Source: an uncultured cyanobacterium
GTDB lineage: Bacteria > Cyanobacteriota > Cyanobacteriia > Cyanobacteriales > CAWCAG01
Assembly: GCA_963803805.1 (NCBI GenBank)
Contig: CAWDOD010000001.1
Location: forward strand, 95,975 to 159,974
DNA: 64,000 nucleotides
Reading direction: 5' to 3'
A program made the translations under genes and the position numbers. Below the pieces are notes generated by a model that ran no database searches, was not told where the DNA came from, and saw only the letters and a list, made by a program, of their open reading frames with translations. Numbering within the stretch: position 1 is the first letter of the stretch; the number at the start of each line of letters is the position of its first letter. Positions 1-9,637 of this stretch are shown here, in pieces.

Positions 1-595
1 CTGGTTTGTTTATATGTTCGTCTATTACTTGGTCAACAAGCTTGTTTTCGGCTATATATCTACCAGTAAAATAATGTTGCAAGGTAGGATCTATGAAGGA
101 ATAGCCAGAGGGAGTATTAATGAGTATTCCTTGATAATCTTCAAAGAGATTAAGAATATCTCCTGCTTCTAAATTAGGAAAGTTGAGGTTTTGCTCTATT
201 GAGCTATTGATTATTGCTATAACTTCATTTTTTGGTAAAGTTACTGTTGCATTTAGAGTATATTTGTAAGCTAACTCTGATAAAAGTAGCATTTCTAATT
301 CAGGGTATATATTTCTAAGTTCAGTAGGATGTAACTGCCTATAGTCGAGTTTGTGTAATAGTAAGTATAAAGCTTCTTCATATATTAAAGAGTCGCTTTT
401 ATAAGTTGAATTAAAGTCGGTTGGTGAAATTGAAGTGTGTTCACAAACATAACAGCGCAAGACTGAATTGAAGTAGCTTTTAGGATTAAGTAAATCCTGA
501 ACACAATCGCCGTTCCCCATTGCAGTTAGTATTGGCTTGAAAGCTGCTGTGTCTGTTTGAAGTAATTTTTTGAGATTGGATTGTTGTTTAATCAT
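1..595 (-). CDS. Partial ORF running off the window edge; resembles the C-terminal helical/winged-helix part of cyanobacterial NACHT proteins, without the P-loop
   Basis: Manual translation from ATG at 595 is open to the edge: ...LLLSELAYK...GILINTPSGYSFIDPTLQHYFTGRYIAEN, compare the NACHT YSFSHLTLQEYLTA motif. Confidence 0.5.
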   Translation of the reverse strand, partial: MIKQQSNLKKLLQTDTAAFKPILTAMGNGDCVQDLLNPKSYFNSVLRCYVCEHTSISPTDFNSTYKSDSLIYEEALYLLLHKLDYRQLHPTELRNIYPELEMLLLSELAYKYTLNATVTLPKNEVIAIINSSIEQNLNFPNLEAGDILNLFEDYQGILINTPSGYSFIDPTLQHYFTGRYIAENKLVDQVIDEHINKP

Positions 596-602
596 TTTGT
601 AC

Positions 603-1061
603 CTAAATTGTATTAATATTTAACTTAGCTATTTTTGTATTTTGGAGAAGATCGCTTAGACTTTTACATAAACTTTCTGGAATAACGATACCACTTTCTT
701 CAAACTCAAAAGTTTTTGAAGAAAGGTAAAAATATACATAGAAATTATAAATTTCCCCTAAGCAGTGCTTTTCATGTATTGATTTCCCTAACTCTTCTAT
801 AAGTAAAATAGCTGCTTTTTCTAAAAACTTAAGATAGCCATTTTCTCCATATGGAAAACAAGGTTCAGTTTCCCAGCGAATTTGTACTGTAATTACTGCT
901 ACTTCTGGTTCTTTTCCTAATAGCTTTAGTATCCAGTTTAGTAAAAACTTCCCTTCATAGTACCAACTATCAAGATCACCAGCTAGCTTATAAACGCCTG
1001 GATGAACACGTCCTCCAATGTATCTTTTCCAACCTTTGTGTCTAAGTTTCATAATTGACAA
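603..1061 (-). CDS. Hypothetical protein
   Basis: 152-aa ORF directly downstream of rep. Confidence 0.5.
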   Translation of the reverse strand: MSIMKLRHKGWKRYIGGRVHPGVYKLAGDLDSWYYEGKFLLNWILKLLGKEPEVAVITVQIRWETEPCFPYGENGYLKFLEKAAILLIEELGKSIHEKHCLGEIYNFYVYFYLSSKTFEFEESGIVIPESLCKSLSDLLQNTKIAKLNINTI

Positions 1062-1073
1062 ATTGATAAAAGG

Positions 1074-4000
1074 TCAAATCGCTGCAACCCACTGTCTGAT
1101 TAAGGCTTGCTTGCTCTTAGTTAGTAATTTGCAAGCTTGGTTGAGCTTCTTCCTTGTAAAGGTAGCTGCTAACTTCCCGTTGGAGTAGAGAGAGTTTTTT
1201 AAGTCTTCTGGGGAGTAGCAGTTGCTCAATAAATTTGTAGCAGCCTCAACTTCCGGGACTAGCAATCTCGCTATTTGTGGTACTTCGTAATATTGGTTAA
1301 AGAACATAGCAGACTGTTCTGGATGAAGTTCTAATTGCTCGAAAATAAGGAGATATCTAGAATCTAACTCTAATGTTGCTAGTAGTCTAGCTATCTTCTC
1401 AGTATCTCCTGAATCAATAGCTTGCAGGAAAGACTTGATGGTTATTTTAGAAGAATTTTCTGGTTGTGTAACCAGTGATTCTTCGGGTTGTTGAGTTTGT
1501 AGCAACACTTGTATAGCAGGGGATTGCAGATACTCGTTACAAAACAGCTTTGCAGCCTCTGGAAACTCATCAAGCTGACCATAGACTAGTTGCCATCTTT
1601 GTTCAATCTTAAGCCCTTTCAGGAAGCTACAAACTGCTTCTAAGCTTTTGTTGATAGCTGATATAAAGTTCTCTAAAAGAGCTTGCTGTTGTTGTTCGAT
1701 TTCTTTTTGGAGTTTTTCTTCATCTCTCTTCAACCAGAATGCAAACACTTCTTCTCTTTCATCCCAGATAGGAATTGCATTGCCTTCTTCATCAAAAACT
1801 GGTTTGTTGTCTTCGTCTTTCTCCCAACTGGGCATTACTGGGCCGTAGATTCTTACTTGCTTGCCTCTACCTCCTTCTTTCCCTAGCAAGGGGACATCTA
1901 GTCCAACTAACTTAAGTAGTTGTTTAAATATGGTTACTGGAGAGGAATTGGGATTGATGGTAACGCCTAACCATTCTTTGATTGCTGGGGCTTTTTCTAT
2001 ACAGACTTGCTGGAACTGAATTAGATCAGGGTCATCGTTACGGTGCATCTGTTTTTTGGCAAAGCGAAGTTTGGTAAAGCCGATTTCATCTAAACCTAAA
2101 ACTTTGGCCCATTTCTGGCTTTTATTTAAGTCGGGGGAGAAGTACTGCCCCTCAAATATTTGTGCCTGGGCGCTTCTTCTTGATTTGTGGGGTAAATGGG
2201 CGCGTCCAGCTTCTAGTTGGTAGTCAAGGTTCCAAAGCTTGTATAAGCCGGCCTCATCACGTTCTACTAAATCTGCCGTAACTGGTAAGCCGTATTTGAG
2301 CTTGATTATGCCTTTTTTTAGCTCCTTCTGTTCTTGGGGTGTTCTGGTTTGTTGATCTTGCAGGGTCTGTATTTCTTCTTCATTTTTATCGTTTGCACCC
2401 TCAACCCCCCGGCAATACCTTTGGTAGTTGGAGTTTCTGATTGTTTTAATTTCGGATTTTTTATTTTTGGCCGTTGCAGAATCATTCTCAACTTCTATAA
2501 CTTCGTATCCTTCCTCTTTAATGCCGATGAGAACTGATTCTCTGTAGGTAGACATTTCTAAGTTTATTAGCGCCGCCATTCGACACCAGGTTTGGAGCGC
2601 TGCGGGACAAACTTCTATTAGTTCTTCATCGTCGAAGAATGCTCCAGATTGAATGAGTAAGTTTAGGTGCTGCTTGGTTTTGTTTTGCTGGCTAGCATAG
2701 AGTGATTTACTGCTGGTTGAGCCATTACCAACTTTTTTAGAACCAGTTTTACTAGACCAAAAATAGCGAGGAACATTCTCTCTTACTCTTCTCAAAGACT
2801 GCCTAACACTATTTTCTGTCTGGACTCCGTAGGCTATGCCCCAAACACTATCAAAGTGACCCCTAACATCGAAACTTATCCCTGTCTCGATAATTGGGGA
2901 AGCGACGACAATATCGTACTGGGGTAGGATTTCGTTGAGGTTAGCCATACTACCATAGGCCGCATGGTTGGGATCTGCTAGGGTATCTTTGTCTATACGG
3001 AGGATTGAATACTGCCTCTTTTTAAAATTGTGTAGAAGTAAACAACCAAGCAGAATACTTTTTTGCATCGCTAACCAAATAATTGGTAACTCATTATTTT
3101 GCGATCGCAGGCTTAGTAATTTGGTTTCTAAAGTTTGGGTTCCCCAGGCTGATTTGGCTTGTTGCCCACTTAGGCAGATGAAGGCTTTACCTCCATTTAG
3201 TACGTGTTTTTCCAGATCATTTATCAGATGACCAGGATTATTTTCTGTGTAGTTGTAAAGTTTTGTTTTCTTCTTTCTCTGGTCATCGGCTACGATGGTG
3301 AGAGTTTTAACTTTATGTCCGATGATTTTTTGGTAGAAATTAACGGTCATGTCGTTGAGATCGGCACTGATGAGGATGACTTTGCCTCCAGTGGCAATGA
3401 TGTAACGAATTATCTCTTTAAGTCTTTGGAGAATTGGGACACGTTTTTTTCTTACTTCTGTATTGGCATTTAGTAGATGCCAGAGGCTTTGATCTGCTTC
3501 ATCTAAAAGCAACCAACAGCCATGAAGCGACTCTAATTCTTCTTCATTCCTAGCTACTTTGAGTAAAGAATCGTAACAAAGAACTTTGCCAAAACAACCT
3601 TCGTATTCGTCGGCTTCTTTTTCATTAACATTCATTAAGGAAAAGCGGTTAGCTTGGGCATTATTGAGAGTTTGGCGGTGGGTGAGGCTAATGGTTTTAC
3701 CACCGTTTTGCTGGTGTTGAGCAATTTTTTCCGCTACCGATTCGGTTTTTCCGGCCCCTTTAGGAGCGCGGAGGAGAATTAGTTGGTTGTCGGCGAAGTC
3801 GGTTAAATCTCCTAAGTAGGGAGATTTGTCAGTTAAGCGGATGACTTGATCTGGTTTCTTGGAGAGGCGTTTTTTGTAGTTTAACCAGAATGAGTGTAGG
3901 GATTGAGCAGAATCAACTACTAATTCAAAGGTTTCTGCCCCTACGTTATAGATAAAGTCGTCACAACCTTTACCGAACTTATTGTCCCAGTTCGTAACAA

Positions 4001-4757
4001 AAACGTCACAACCTTCTTTTTTAAAGAGTCTTCCGGTTTTACGAGTTGCGATCGCGACGTTTTTGATGGTTTTTTGCTTTGTATCCTCATCGAAAGCGAA
4101 GATGATTTTTCTACCTTTGGTGGCGAATATTTCTAAGTCGGGGATAAGCTTTGCTTTACCAATTTTCTGCCCTAAGTCATCTTTGGGAGCGCGGTAGCCT
4201 CCGTAGATGCCGGGAAGCCCTATTGCTGCGTAGCCTTGGGAGATTAAACAGGCGGTTTTTTTGGCCGCTTCTGTAATGGTGAGGGGGACTTGGGATTTAA
4301 TTACCCATCTCCAAAAACCTAGTGCTTGTCCCTCTACTACTTTGATATTTTCCGGGAGGGGTCGGTCGTAGCGGGCCGCGACCATTTTCCAAATTTTTAG
4401 GGACACCTTGGGGCAGAATATCCTTGTTGGAGTTTTGGGAGGATGTTCGTATTTTATTTGTTTTCTTTTACCGTATTCGACCCAGGAACGGGGGTGATCT
4501 GGTTTGAAACAACCCCAAGTCATCTCATGGTGGGTCAAAGGATCTACTCCATTAAACCAAAAGCCACCTTTTTCAGTGTGGGCATATTTGGTTAGGTAGT
4601 GTCTTCTTACCCTACCGTCGTTACGACGTTCTGATCTGGGTAGAGAACCAAGCAGCGCATCGAGAGCGGCGGCTCCTTCTAAGGAGTGGAAATTTAATGA
4701 GGCGATCTCTGGGGCGATCGCACTTTTTAGTAGTTCTTCTTGATGCTCTGATTTCAT
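1074..4757 (-). CDS. Plasmid replication primase-helicase (DUF3854 + CyRepA1-type)
   Basis: KYEHPPK, ITEAAKK, AIGLPGIYGG, FAFDED, KGCDD (TOPRIM-like DUF3854); Walker A APKGAGKT; Walker B LLLDE. Confidence 0.85.
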   Translation of the reverse strand: MKSEHQEELLKSAIAPEIASLNFHSLEGAAALDALLGSLPRSERRNDGRVRRHYLTKYAHTEKGGFWFNGVDPLTHHEMTWGCFKPDHPRSWVEYGKRKQIKYEHPPKTPTRIFCPKVSLKIWKMVAARYDRPLPENIKVVEGQALGFWRWVIKSQVPLTITEAAKKTACLISQGYAAIGLPGIYGGYRAPKDDLGQKIGKAKLIPDLEIFATKGRKIIFAFDEDTKQKTIKNVAIATRKTGRLFKKEGCDVFVTNWDNKFGKGCDDFIYNVGAETFELVVDSAQSLHSFWLNYKKRLSKKPDQVIRLTDKSPYLGDLTDFADNQLILLRAPKGAGKTESVAEKIAQHQQNGGKTISLTHRQTLNNAQANRFSLMNVNEKEADEYEGCFGKVLCYDSLLKVARNEEELESLHGCWLLLDEADQSLWHLLNANTEVRKKRVPILQRLKEIIRYIIATGGKVILISADLNDMTVNFYQKIIGHKVKTLTIVADDQRKKKTKLYNYTENNPGHLINDLEKHVLNGGKAFICLSGQQAKSAWGTQTLETKLLSLRSQNNELPIIWLAMQKSILLGCLLLHNFKKRQYSILRIDKDTLADPNHAAYGSMANLNEILPQYDIVVASPIIETGISFDVRGHFDSVWGIAYGVQTENSVRQSLRRVRENVPRYFWSSKTGSKKVGNGSTSSKSLYASQQNKTKQHLNLLIQSGAFFDDEELIEVCPAALQTWCRMAALINLEMSTYRESVLIGIKEEGYEVIEVENDSATAKNKKSEIKTIRNSNYQRYCRGVEGANDKNEEEIQTLQDQQTRTPQEQKELKKGIIKLKYGLPVTADLVERDEAGLYKLWNLDYQLEAGRAHLPHKSRRSAQAQIFEGQYFSPDLNKSQKWAKVLGLDEIGFTKLRFAKKQMHRNDDPDLIQFQQVCIEKAPAIKEWLGVTINPNSSPVTIFKQLLKLVGLDVPLLGKEGGRGKQVRIYGPVMPSWEKDEDNKPVFDEEGNAIPIWDEREEVFAFWLKRDEEKLQKEIEQQQQALLENFISAINKSLEAVCSFLKGLKIEQRWQLVYGQLDEFPEAAKLFCNEYLQSPAIQVLLQTQQPEESLVTQPENSSKITIKSFLQAIDSGDTEKIARLLATLELDSRYLLIFEQLELHPEQSAMFFNQYYEVPQIARLLVPEVEAATNLLSNCYSPEDLKNSLYSNGKLAATFTRKKLNQACKLLTKSKQALIRQWVAAI

Positions 4758-4846
4758 CTTAGGATTACCTTTTTGGGTGGTAGTCCTTAAGCTCAGTTTT
4801 TGAAAAACGCTATCTCGATTTCATCCGGAGATTATCACTTAACAAG

Positions 4847-4876
4847 TTGACAAATTCCGGAATTTGTCATTAATAT
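4847..4876 (+). promoter_or_regulatory. Sigma70-like promoter facing away from rep, overlapped by a perfect 22-bp palindrome
   Basis: TTGACA (4847-4852), 18 bp, TAATAT (4871-4876); TGACAAATTCCGGAATTTGTCA at 4848-4869. Confidence 0.5.
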
Positions 4877-5047
4877 AAGAATTAACAAACAAGTTTAGAA
4901 AAACAGGTGTTGGCAAATACAAAAGTTTTCTATTCTTGAAGTTGGAAATCGAGTACCGTATTACTTACTCCTTAAGGACTAGCTTAAACAGTTGTGACAT
5001 CCTGCTTAAGTAGAAAGTCATAGTGATATCGTTACTGATATATGATT

Positions 5048-5101
5048 CCGAACCGAACCCGTCTCTTTAACTAGGGGCGGGTTTTGTTCGGTTTTCTTTT
5101 T
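5048..5101 (+). terminator. GC-rich hairpin followed by a T-tract
   Basis: CCGAACCGAACCCGTCTC...GGGGCGGGTTTTGTTCGG then TTTTCTTTTT. Confidence 0.55.
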
Positions 5102-5467
5102 AAGTGTTTTGGTTGGCATCTTCCCAGTTATCAAAAATTGGGGATTCTCTAGCTAAGAAAGATAACAATCTCGCGTCAACTTCAACTGGAGTTGGCGAGT
5201 CACAAAATTGCTGCTTCTCTATGGTAGAGATAACTAACTCCACAGCCGCCTCTCGTTCGGTGTGACCAACGGCAATGGCCCCACGAACGTAACGACAACA
5301 GATTTGTATGGTTTAAAGTCTCAGGGGATACCCCGCGACTGAAGTTTTTAGGTTGTTTTGGGTGACATCAAAACGCATAAGGCAAGGATACACCATAAGT
5401 TACCAAGATTGCCAACTATTATTTGTCCAAATAATTAATTATTTACTCCAAAAAGGTAATTTTTCCT

Positions 5468-5794
5468 TCAATCGAGCGCATTACTAATAGCTTTTCCCAA
5501 GCTGTTCAGGGTACGATCACGAACAAAATCTGCTGCTGCTCTAGCACTCTCTGCCAGAATTGTATCTGTGTTAGGGGTTAGTTTGAGAGCGCTCCCTAAG
5601 TACCCTAAAGATTTGCAATAACAATCTGATAGGTTTGTTGAAGAAAGTCGTTTTACTACCCCATAATCGCCAGAATGGAACGCTTTGAGGGCTTTCTGGT
5701 GTAAATCTGTTTCTGGTTTTCCTAGTGTTTCAAGAATTGCATTAACAGCTTGTTGAACTCGTTCTTTAGTTAGTTCAGGTGTTGTTGTAATCAT
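5468..5794 (-). CDS. Hypothetical protein
   Basis: 108-aa ORF, co-oriented with 5808-6359. Confidence 0.6.
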   Translation of the reverse strand: MITTTPELTKERVQQAVNAILETLGKPETDLHQKALKAFHSGDYGVVKRLSSTNLSDCYCKSLGYLGSALKLTPNTDTILAESARAAADFVRDRTLNSLGKAISNALD

Positions 5795-5807
5795 TTTTGA
5801 GAGTATC

Positions 5808-6359
5808 CTATTGCTGATAGTCGTTTAATTTGTCCCTAGCTATTTGGGGGAAATAAGCAGATTCCCAGTTATCAGCTAAATGGGAACGAATTATTCTACC
5901 TACTATTTGGGGATAGGAATCGCGATAGATAATATGGGCTACCCTTAGTAGCACAAAGTTGTAGCGCGATAGCTTGATAGTGTTATATCCCCTTCTGTAC
6001 TGTGAATCTTTCGGAAGAGGTGGGATAGAGTCAATTGGTGATCTTCCGAAGTCTGGGAATTTATTCCCGTAGGGGGGCAAATCGTCTTCAGACTTGTCTC
6101 TAAGAGTAGTGAAATGCTTTGATGTAGTTATTCCTCTGGCTTTAGCATCAAGAATTCCCGCTCTGACATAGTAGTCGCGGTAACGCCTGAAGAATCCCTG
6201 TAGACAATTTTTTACAATTGAACTCTTGTCGTAATCTAGCTCTTCACAAGCCAGCATTAGTTTTTCCCAATCTTCGTCCAAAACAAGAACGTGACTGATC
6301 CTTAGTTCCTTGATCACAGTTTCATTGCAATAGCAGGTATTATGTCTCAATTTTCGCAT
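5808..6359 (-). CDS. Hypothetical protein, possibly tandem RHH-like domains
   Basis: Strand-helix-helix patterns ISHVLVLDEDWEKLMLACEELDYDKSSIVKNCL and TIKLSRYNFVLLRVAH...YPQIVGRIIRSHL. Confidence 0.45.
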   Translation of the reverse strand: MRKLRHNTCYCNETVIKELRISHVLVLDEDWEKLMLACEELDYDKSSIVKNCLQGFFRRYRDYYVRAGILDAKARGITTSKHFTTLRDKSEDDLPPYGNKFPDFGRSPIDSIPPLPKDSQYRRGYNTIKLSRYNFVLLRVAHIIYRDSYPQIVGRIIRSHLADNWESAYFPQIARDKLNDYQQ

Positions 6360-6464
6360 GAGTAGGTAACTACTGTAACATTTTAGTGTCTTTTTAAGCT
6401 ACTAAAATGAATTACTTTTTCATCTTTGTGAAAGATTATGCTATAAGAAGAAGGCGAACAAAAT

Positions 6465-6699
6465 TGGCAGCCAACAATTCAACCAAAATGGTAGCCAATA
6501 AAGGTGACACAAAATGGCTAAAAACTTTACAGAGACAGGATTAAACAACATGGAAACTACAGATTACCAAGATAAAAACGAGGCAGAGGTGGCTACCACC
6601 TTTACCAAAAAAGAGTTAATCGCCAAACTTGGCAGGTCAGATAGATGTGTCAGGGGATGGATCAAAACCGTAAAAGATGCTTATTCCTTCAAGCTGTGA
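6465..6699 (+). pseudogene. Truncated duplicate of the upstream region and 5' end of gene 7373-8125
   Basis: About 220-bp direct repeat, 6465-6684 vs 7324-7543; the ORF stops after 61 aa. Confidence 0.8.
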
Positions 6700-6834
6700 T
6701 CTCATTATGTTAAGCAAACTAGTGATTACAGGTCGCAAATTGAGGTACATCAGTCAGTAAGGAGGACACAGGATGGTCAAAAGCTTTATGGAAATAGGAT
6801 TTTAAAATATGGCATTAGAAGTTCTTGTAACTTA

Positions 6835-7155
6835 TTATTCATCCTCATCTTCATCTTCAAACCTAGTACGATGGCTGCGACTAGCCTCTTCGTAATAATC
6901 CCGAATTCCAGATATTACTTCTTGCTCACTTATACCTAAAGATTCAGCTTTCCTTCTAATAGCTTCTTCTGTGACTTCAGCATTAGCACGAAGCCATTCC
7001 AACAAAGCTGATTGTAGGATGTCTGCTTTGGTGAGTCCTAATATTCCACCAGAAACCATGACTTGATGATAAAGCTCGCGAGAAATAGAACCACGCATCT
7101 GCTGTTTGCTGGTTGTAATGACCTTTTCAGTCTTCTTGCTGCCTTTTTTTGCCAT
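6835..7155 (-). CDS. RHH/CopG-like transcriptional regulator
   Basis: QQMRGSISRELYHQVMVSGGILGLTKADILQSALLEWL; divergent from the 7373 operon. Confidence 0.6.
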   Translation of the reverse strand: MAKKGSKKTEKVITTSKQQMRGSISRELYHQVMVSGGILGLTKADILQSALLEWLRANAEVTEEAIRRKAESLGISEQEVISGIRDYYEEASRSHRTRFEDEDEDE

Positions 7156-7223
7156 TTCCTATTAACTGCATTGCTTGCTCTCTTACATATCATACCGCCC
7201 TTAAATGATTTGTAGATTCTGTT

Positions 7224-7277
7224 TGAGTACTCAGCAAGTACTTGATGAATATTTGCTGAGTACTTGACAAGTACTTA
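7224..7277. promoter_or_regulatory. Five palindromic boxes at an exact 11-bp period
   Basis: AGTACT at 7226, 7237, 7259, 7270 and AATATT at 7248. Confidence 0.75.
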
Positions 7278-7372
7278 GGGAAGCGATACTTTAAAAAAAA
7301 GCTGGCTACCACGATGGCAATAGTGGCAGCCAACAATTCAACCAAAATGGTAGCCAATAAAGGTGACACAAA

Positions 7373-8125
7373 ATGGCTAAAAACCTTACAGAGAAAAGAT
7401 TTAAAAACATGGAAACCACAGACTACCAAGATAAAAACGAGGCAGAGGTGGCTACCACCTTTACCAAGAAAGACTTAATCTCCGAACTTGGCAGGTCAGA
7501 TAGATGTGTCAGGGGATGGATTAAAGTAGCAAGAAATGCTTATCACTGGATGCCTGAGAAGGAATTAGTGATCAAAGATGGCAAACGTCATGTATACACC
7601 GCTTTTATTCTTGAGCAATTGAAAGCTATCAAATCTCACCTTGAAGCTGGTGGGACAATCGAGACTTGGGAGAACTCTGTAGTTCAACCTGTCAAGAAAG
7701 AGGTTGAGGAGGAAGTAAAGACTGTTCCCAGTTCAGCTATTGAAATACTAGGACAGCAGCTAGAAATCGGGTTAGATATTCCTACAATTCACACCACCGA
7801 GGGCTTAGTTGATCTAAATGCTTTAGAAACTTTCGGCACAGAAGCCTTAACTCACAACCAGGAAGAATTAGTTGCTGAACAAGAACGGTTAGCAAGAACT
7901 AAAAATAAAGTTGCAGATGGTTTGTTGTCTTTGGCTAAGCAAATCTTCACCAATCAAGTTGCTGAAGAAACTGAAAGGCAGACGGATTTAGAGAAAGCTA
8001 GCGCAGAAGGTTTTAACCAAGAACTTCTAAGAATACAAGCTTATGAGGGTGGAAAGATGGAAGCTCGTAAAGCTTATCAGAAAGTCAAAGCAAGCGTGGG
8101 AAAGTCTTCCTCTGCTCAGTCCTAA
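7373..8125 (+). CDS. N-terminal HTH-like DNA-binding protein with coiled coil
   Basis: FTKKDLISELGRSDRCVRGWIK helix-turn-helix pattern; helical C-terminus. Confidence 0.55.
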   Translation: MAKNLTEKRFKNMETTDYQDKNEAEVATTFTKKDLISELGRSDRCVRGWIKVARNAYHWMPEKELVIKDGKRHVYTAFILEQLKAIKSHLEAGGTIETWENSVVQPVKKEVEEEVKTVPSSAIEILGQQLEIGLDIPTIHTTEGLVDLNALETFGTEALTHNQEELVAEQERLARTKNKVADGLLSLAKQIFTNQVAEETERQTDLEKASAEGFNQELLRIQAYEGGKMEARKAYQKVKASVGKSSSAQS

Positions 8126-8185
8126 TTCTGCTACTGCTTGCAGTAGGAATGGGAATGGGATATTACCTTGCGAACCACAACAACA

Positions 8186-8275
8186 ATGAAACAACAAACC
8201 ATCAAAATCAGCATTGAACTCGCTCTATGGCTTCTTACTATTGCAGCTATTCATTACTTGAGCAATCGCCCATGA
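8186..8275 (+). CDS. 29-aa single-TM peptide (below the ORF-track cutoff)
   Basis: MKQQTIKISIELALWLLTIAAIHYLSNRP; ATGA overlap with the ATG at 8272. Confidence 0.4.
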   Translation: MKQQTIKISIELALWLLTIAAIHYLSNRP

Positions 8276-8445
8276 TAGCCAAGAACGATAGTAGCGAATA
8301 CAAACAGATAAATGGTTGTGTTCCAAAAGAGATAGCCATTAAATTCAAAGTTACCTGTCAGTTCTTGGAAATTCCTGTGAGTGAGGGAGTAGAACGAGCA
8401 TTGTTTTTGTGGCTGTTTTGGATCGAAATACAGAAGGAGCAATAG
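8272..8445 (+). CDS. Small RHH-like protein
   Basis: YKQINGCVPKEIAIKFKVTCQFLEIPVSEGVERAL; ORF track starts at 8227, the 8272 start is more likely. Confidence 0.5.
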   Translation: MIAKNDSSEYKQINGCVPKEIAIKFKVTCQFLEIPVSEGVERALFLWLFWIEIQKEQ

Positions 8446-8496
8446 TTGGCAAAGACTATCGCTCCAAACTCAATAATAACCTAACCAATTGTAACC

Positions 8497-8652
8497 ATGA
8501 ATACTCCAGGTATCAAAACATTAATAGGAGTTTGTTGCATCGCCACTGCGATCGCAATACTTGTTGGAGGCATTTTTATAGCTATTGATGCTAATTCGGC
8601 TACTGCTAACAGTAACTCAACAAGCCAGACAAGAGGGAGTAGCAGAAGGTAG
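8497..8652 (+). CDS. 51-aa single-TM protein (below the ORF-track cutoff)
   Basis: MNTPGIKTLIGVCCIATAIAILVGGIFIAIDANSA... Confidence 0.4.
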   Translation: MNTPGIKTLIGVCCIATAIAILVGGIFIAIDANSATANSNSTSQTRGSSRR

Positions 8653-8732
8653 ATAGGAAAAAGCAGCCGGGGAGTGTCGTCCGAAGTATGTCAAAAATCC
8701 GGCTGCAATAGGATTCATTACTGGTAACTATT

Positions 8733-8927
8733 ATGGACGAAAACAAAAGCGCTTTGCAAAAAGAGGCTCCTTATTTGCTAAAGCTTCAAGAAAATTTATC
8801 TCAAGCTTCCTTTGAAAAACTCAAAGCGAAGAGGATGCAATTGATGAATCAGCTTAGAGAACTACAAGTTGACTACCAAGCTTATGTACAGACTTGGTTG
8901 AACTTGTACTCCGATTCCGATAACTAA
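8733..8927 (+). CDS. Small coiled-coil protein
   Basis: 64-aa helical ORF within the operon. Confidence 0.45.
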   Translation: MDENKSALQKEAPYLLKLQENLSQASFEKLKAKRMQLMNQLRELQVDYQAYVQTWLNLYSDSDN

Positions 8928-8950
8928 AAATCAACAATTAGGAGATTAAA

Positions 8951-9628
8951 ATGGTAAGAAGAAAAGCAGAAATAGAAGCAGAATTAGCAGCAAAAAACGA
9001 ACGGTTGCAGGAAGTGCTTGGTGAGCTAAAGGAGGCAAAGAATCAGCTTCAACCGACTAAACCTAGTAAGCTTGCCCAAACGAAGGTTCCGGGTTTACCT
9101 AACTTTACCCCTAAAACTTCAAAGGGTATGATTCCCCAGTTCAATGAAGGGGATTTCGTAATCAAAGACCCTTTAAACCCAAAGCTACCAACTGTATCCA
9201 TCGAGCAGCATGAGGAGGCTGTTGAGAATTATAAGGGGGCAAATCGCGCTCTTGATCTTTATGGAATGGGTTTTGACACCACAGGCAAAATGTTTAGTGT
9301 TGTTGGCAAACGAGCTAAAGCTGTTGGTGCTGGTATTGATGCTGTAACCGAAACAGAAAAAACTAGGGGAGCTTTCCTTAACTATTTAGGGCAGTTGCAG
9401 TCTAACCAACAATCTGCGATCGCATTAAACGCAGCAACATATAAAACGGGGATAGACTCTCAATCAGCAGCATTCACCATAACTGGACTGGACTACTCTT
9501 TGCAGGAAGCTGAAGTGAAGAGTCAGCTTGCTTTAGGTAAGTTAGCAGAAACTAGCAACAAACTCAGATTACTCAAAGAATCTTTGGGTAACGATTTTAT
9601 TGAAGCCAAAGCAGAAGAAACCGTGTAA
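8951..9628 (+). CDS. Coiled-coil hypothetical protein
   Basis: AGGAG ribosome-binding site; 225 aa. Confidence 0.65.
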   Translation: MVRRKAEIEAELAAKNERLQEVLGELKEAKNQLQPTKPSKLAQTKVPGLPNFTPKTSKGMIPQFNEGDFVIKDPLNPKLPTVSIEQHEEAVENYKGANRALDLYGMGFDTTGKMFSVVGKRAKAVGAGIDAVTETEKTRGAFLNYLGQLQSNQQSAIALNAATYKTGIDSQSAAFTITGLDYSLQEAEVKSQLALGKLAETSNKLRLLKESLGNDFIEAKAEETV

Positions 9629-9637
9629 AAGGAGTAA

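Noticed and set aside
1648-4197. Short plus-strand ORFs inside rep, and similar antisense ORFs elsewhere
   Set aside because: Antisense shadows of long genes
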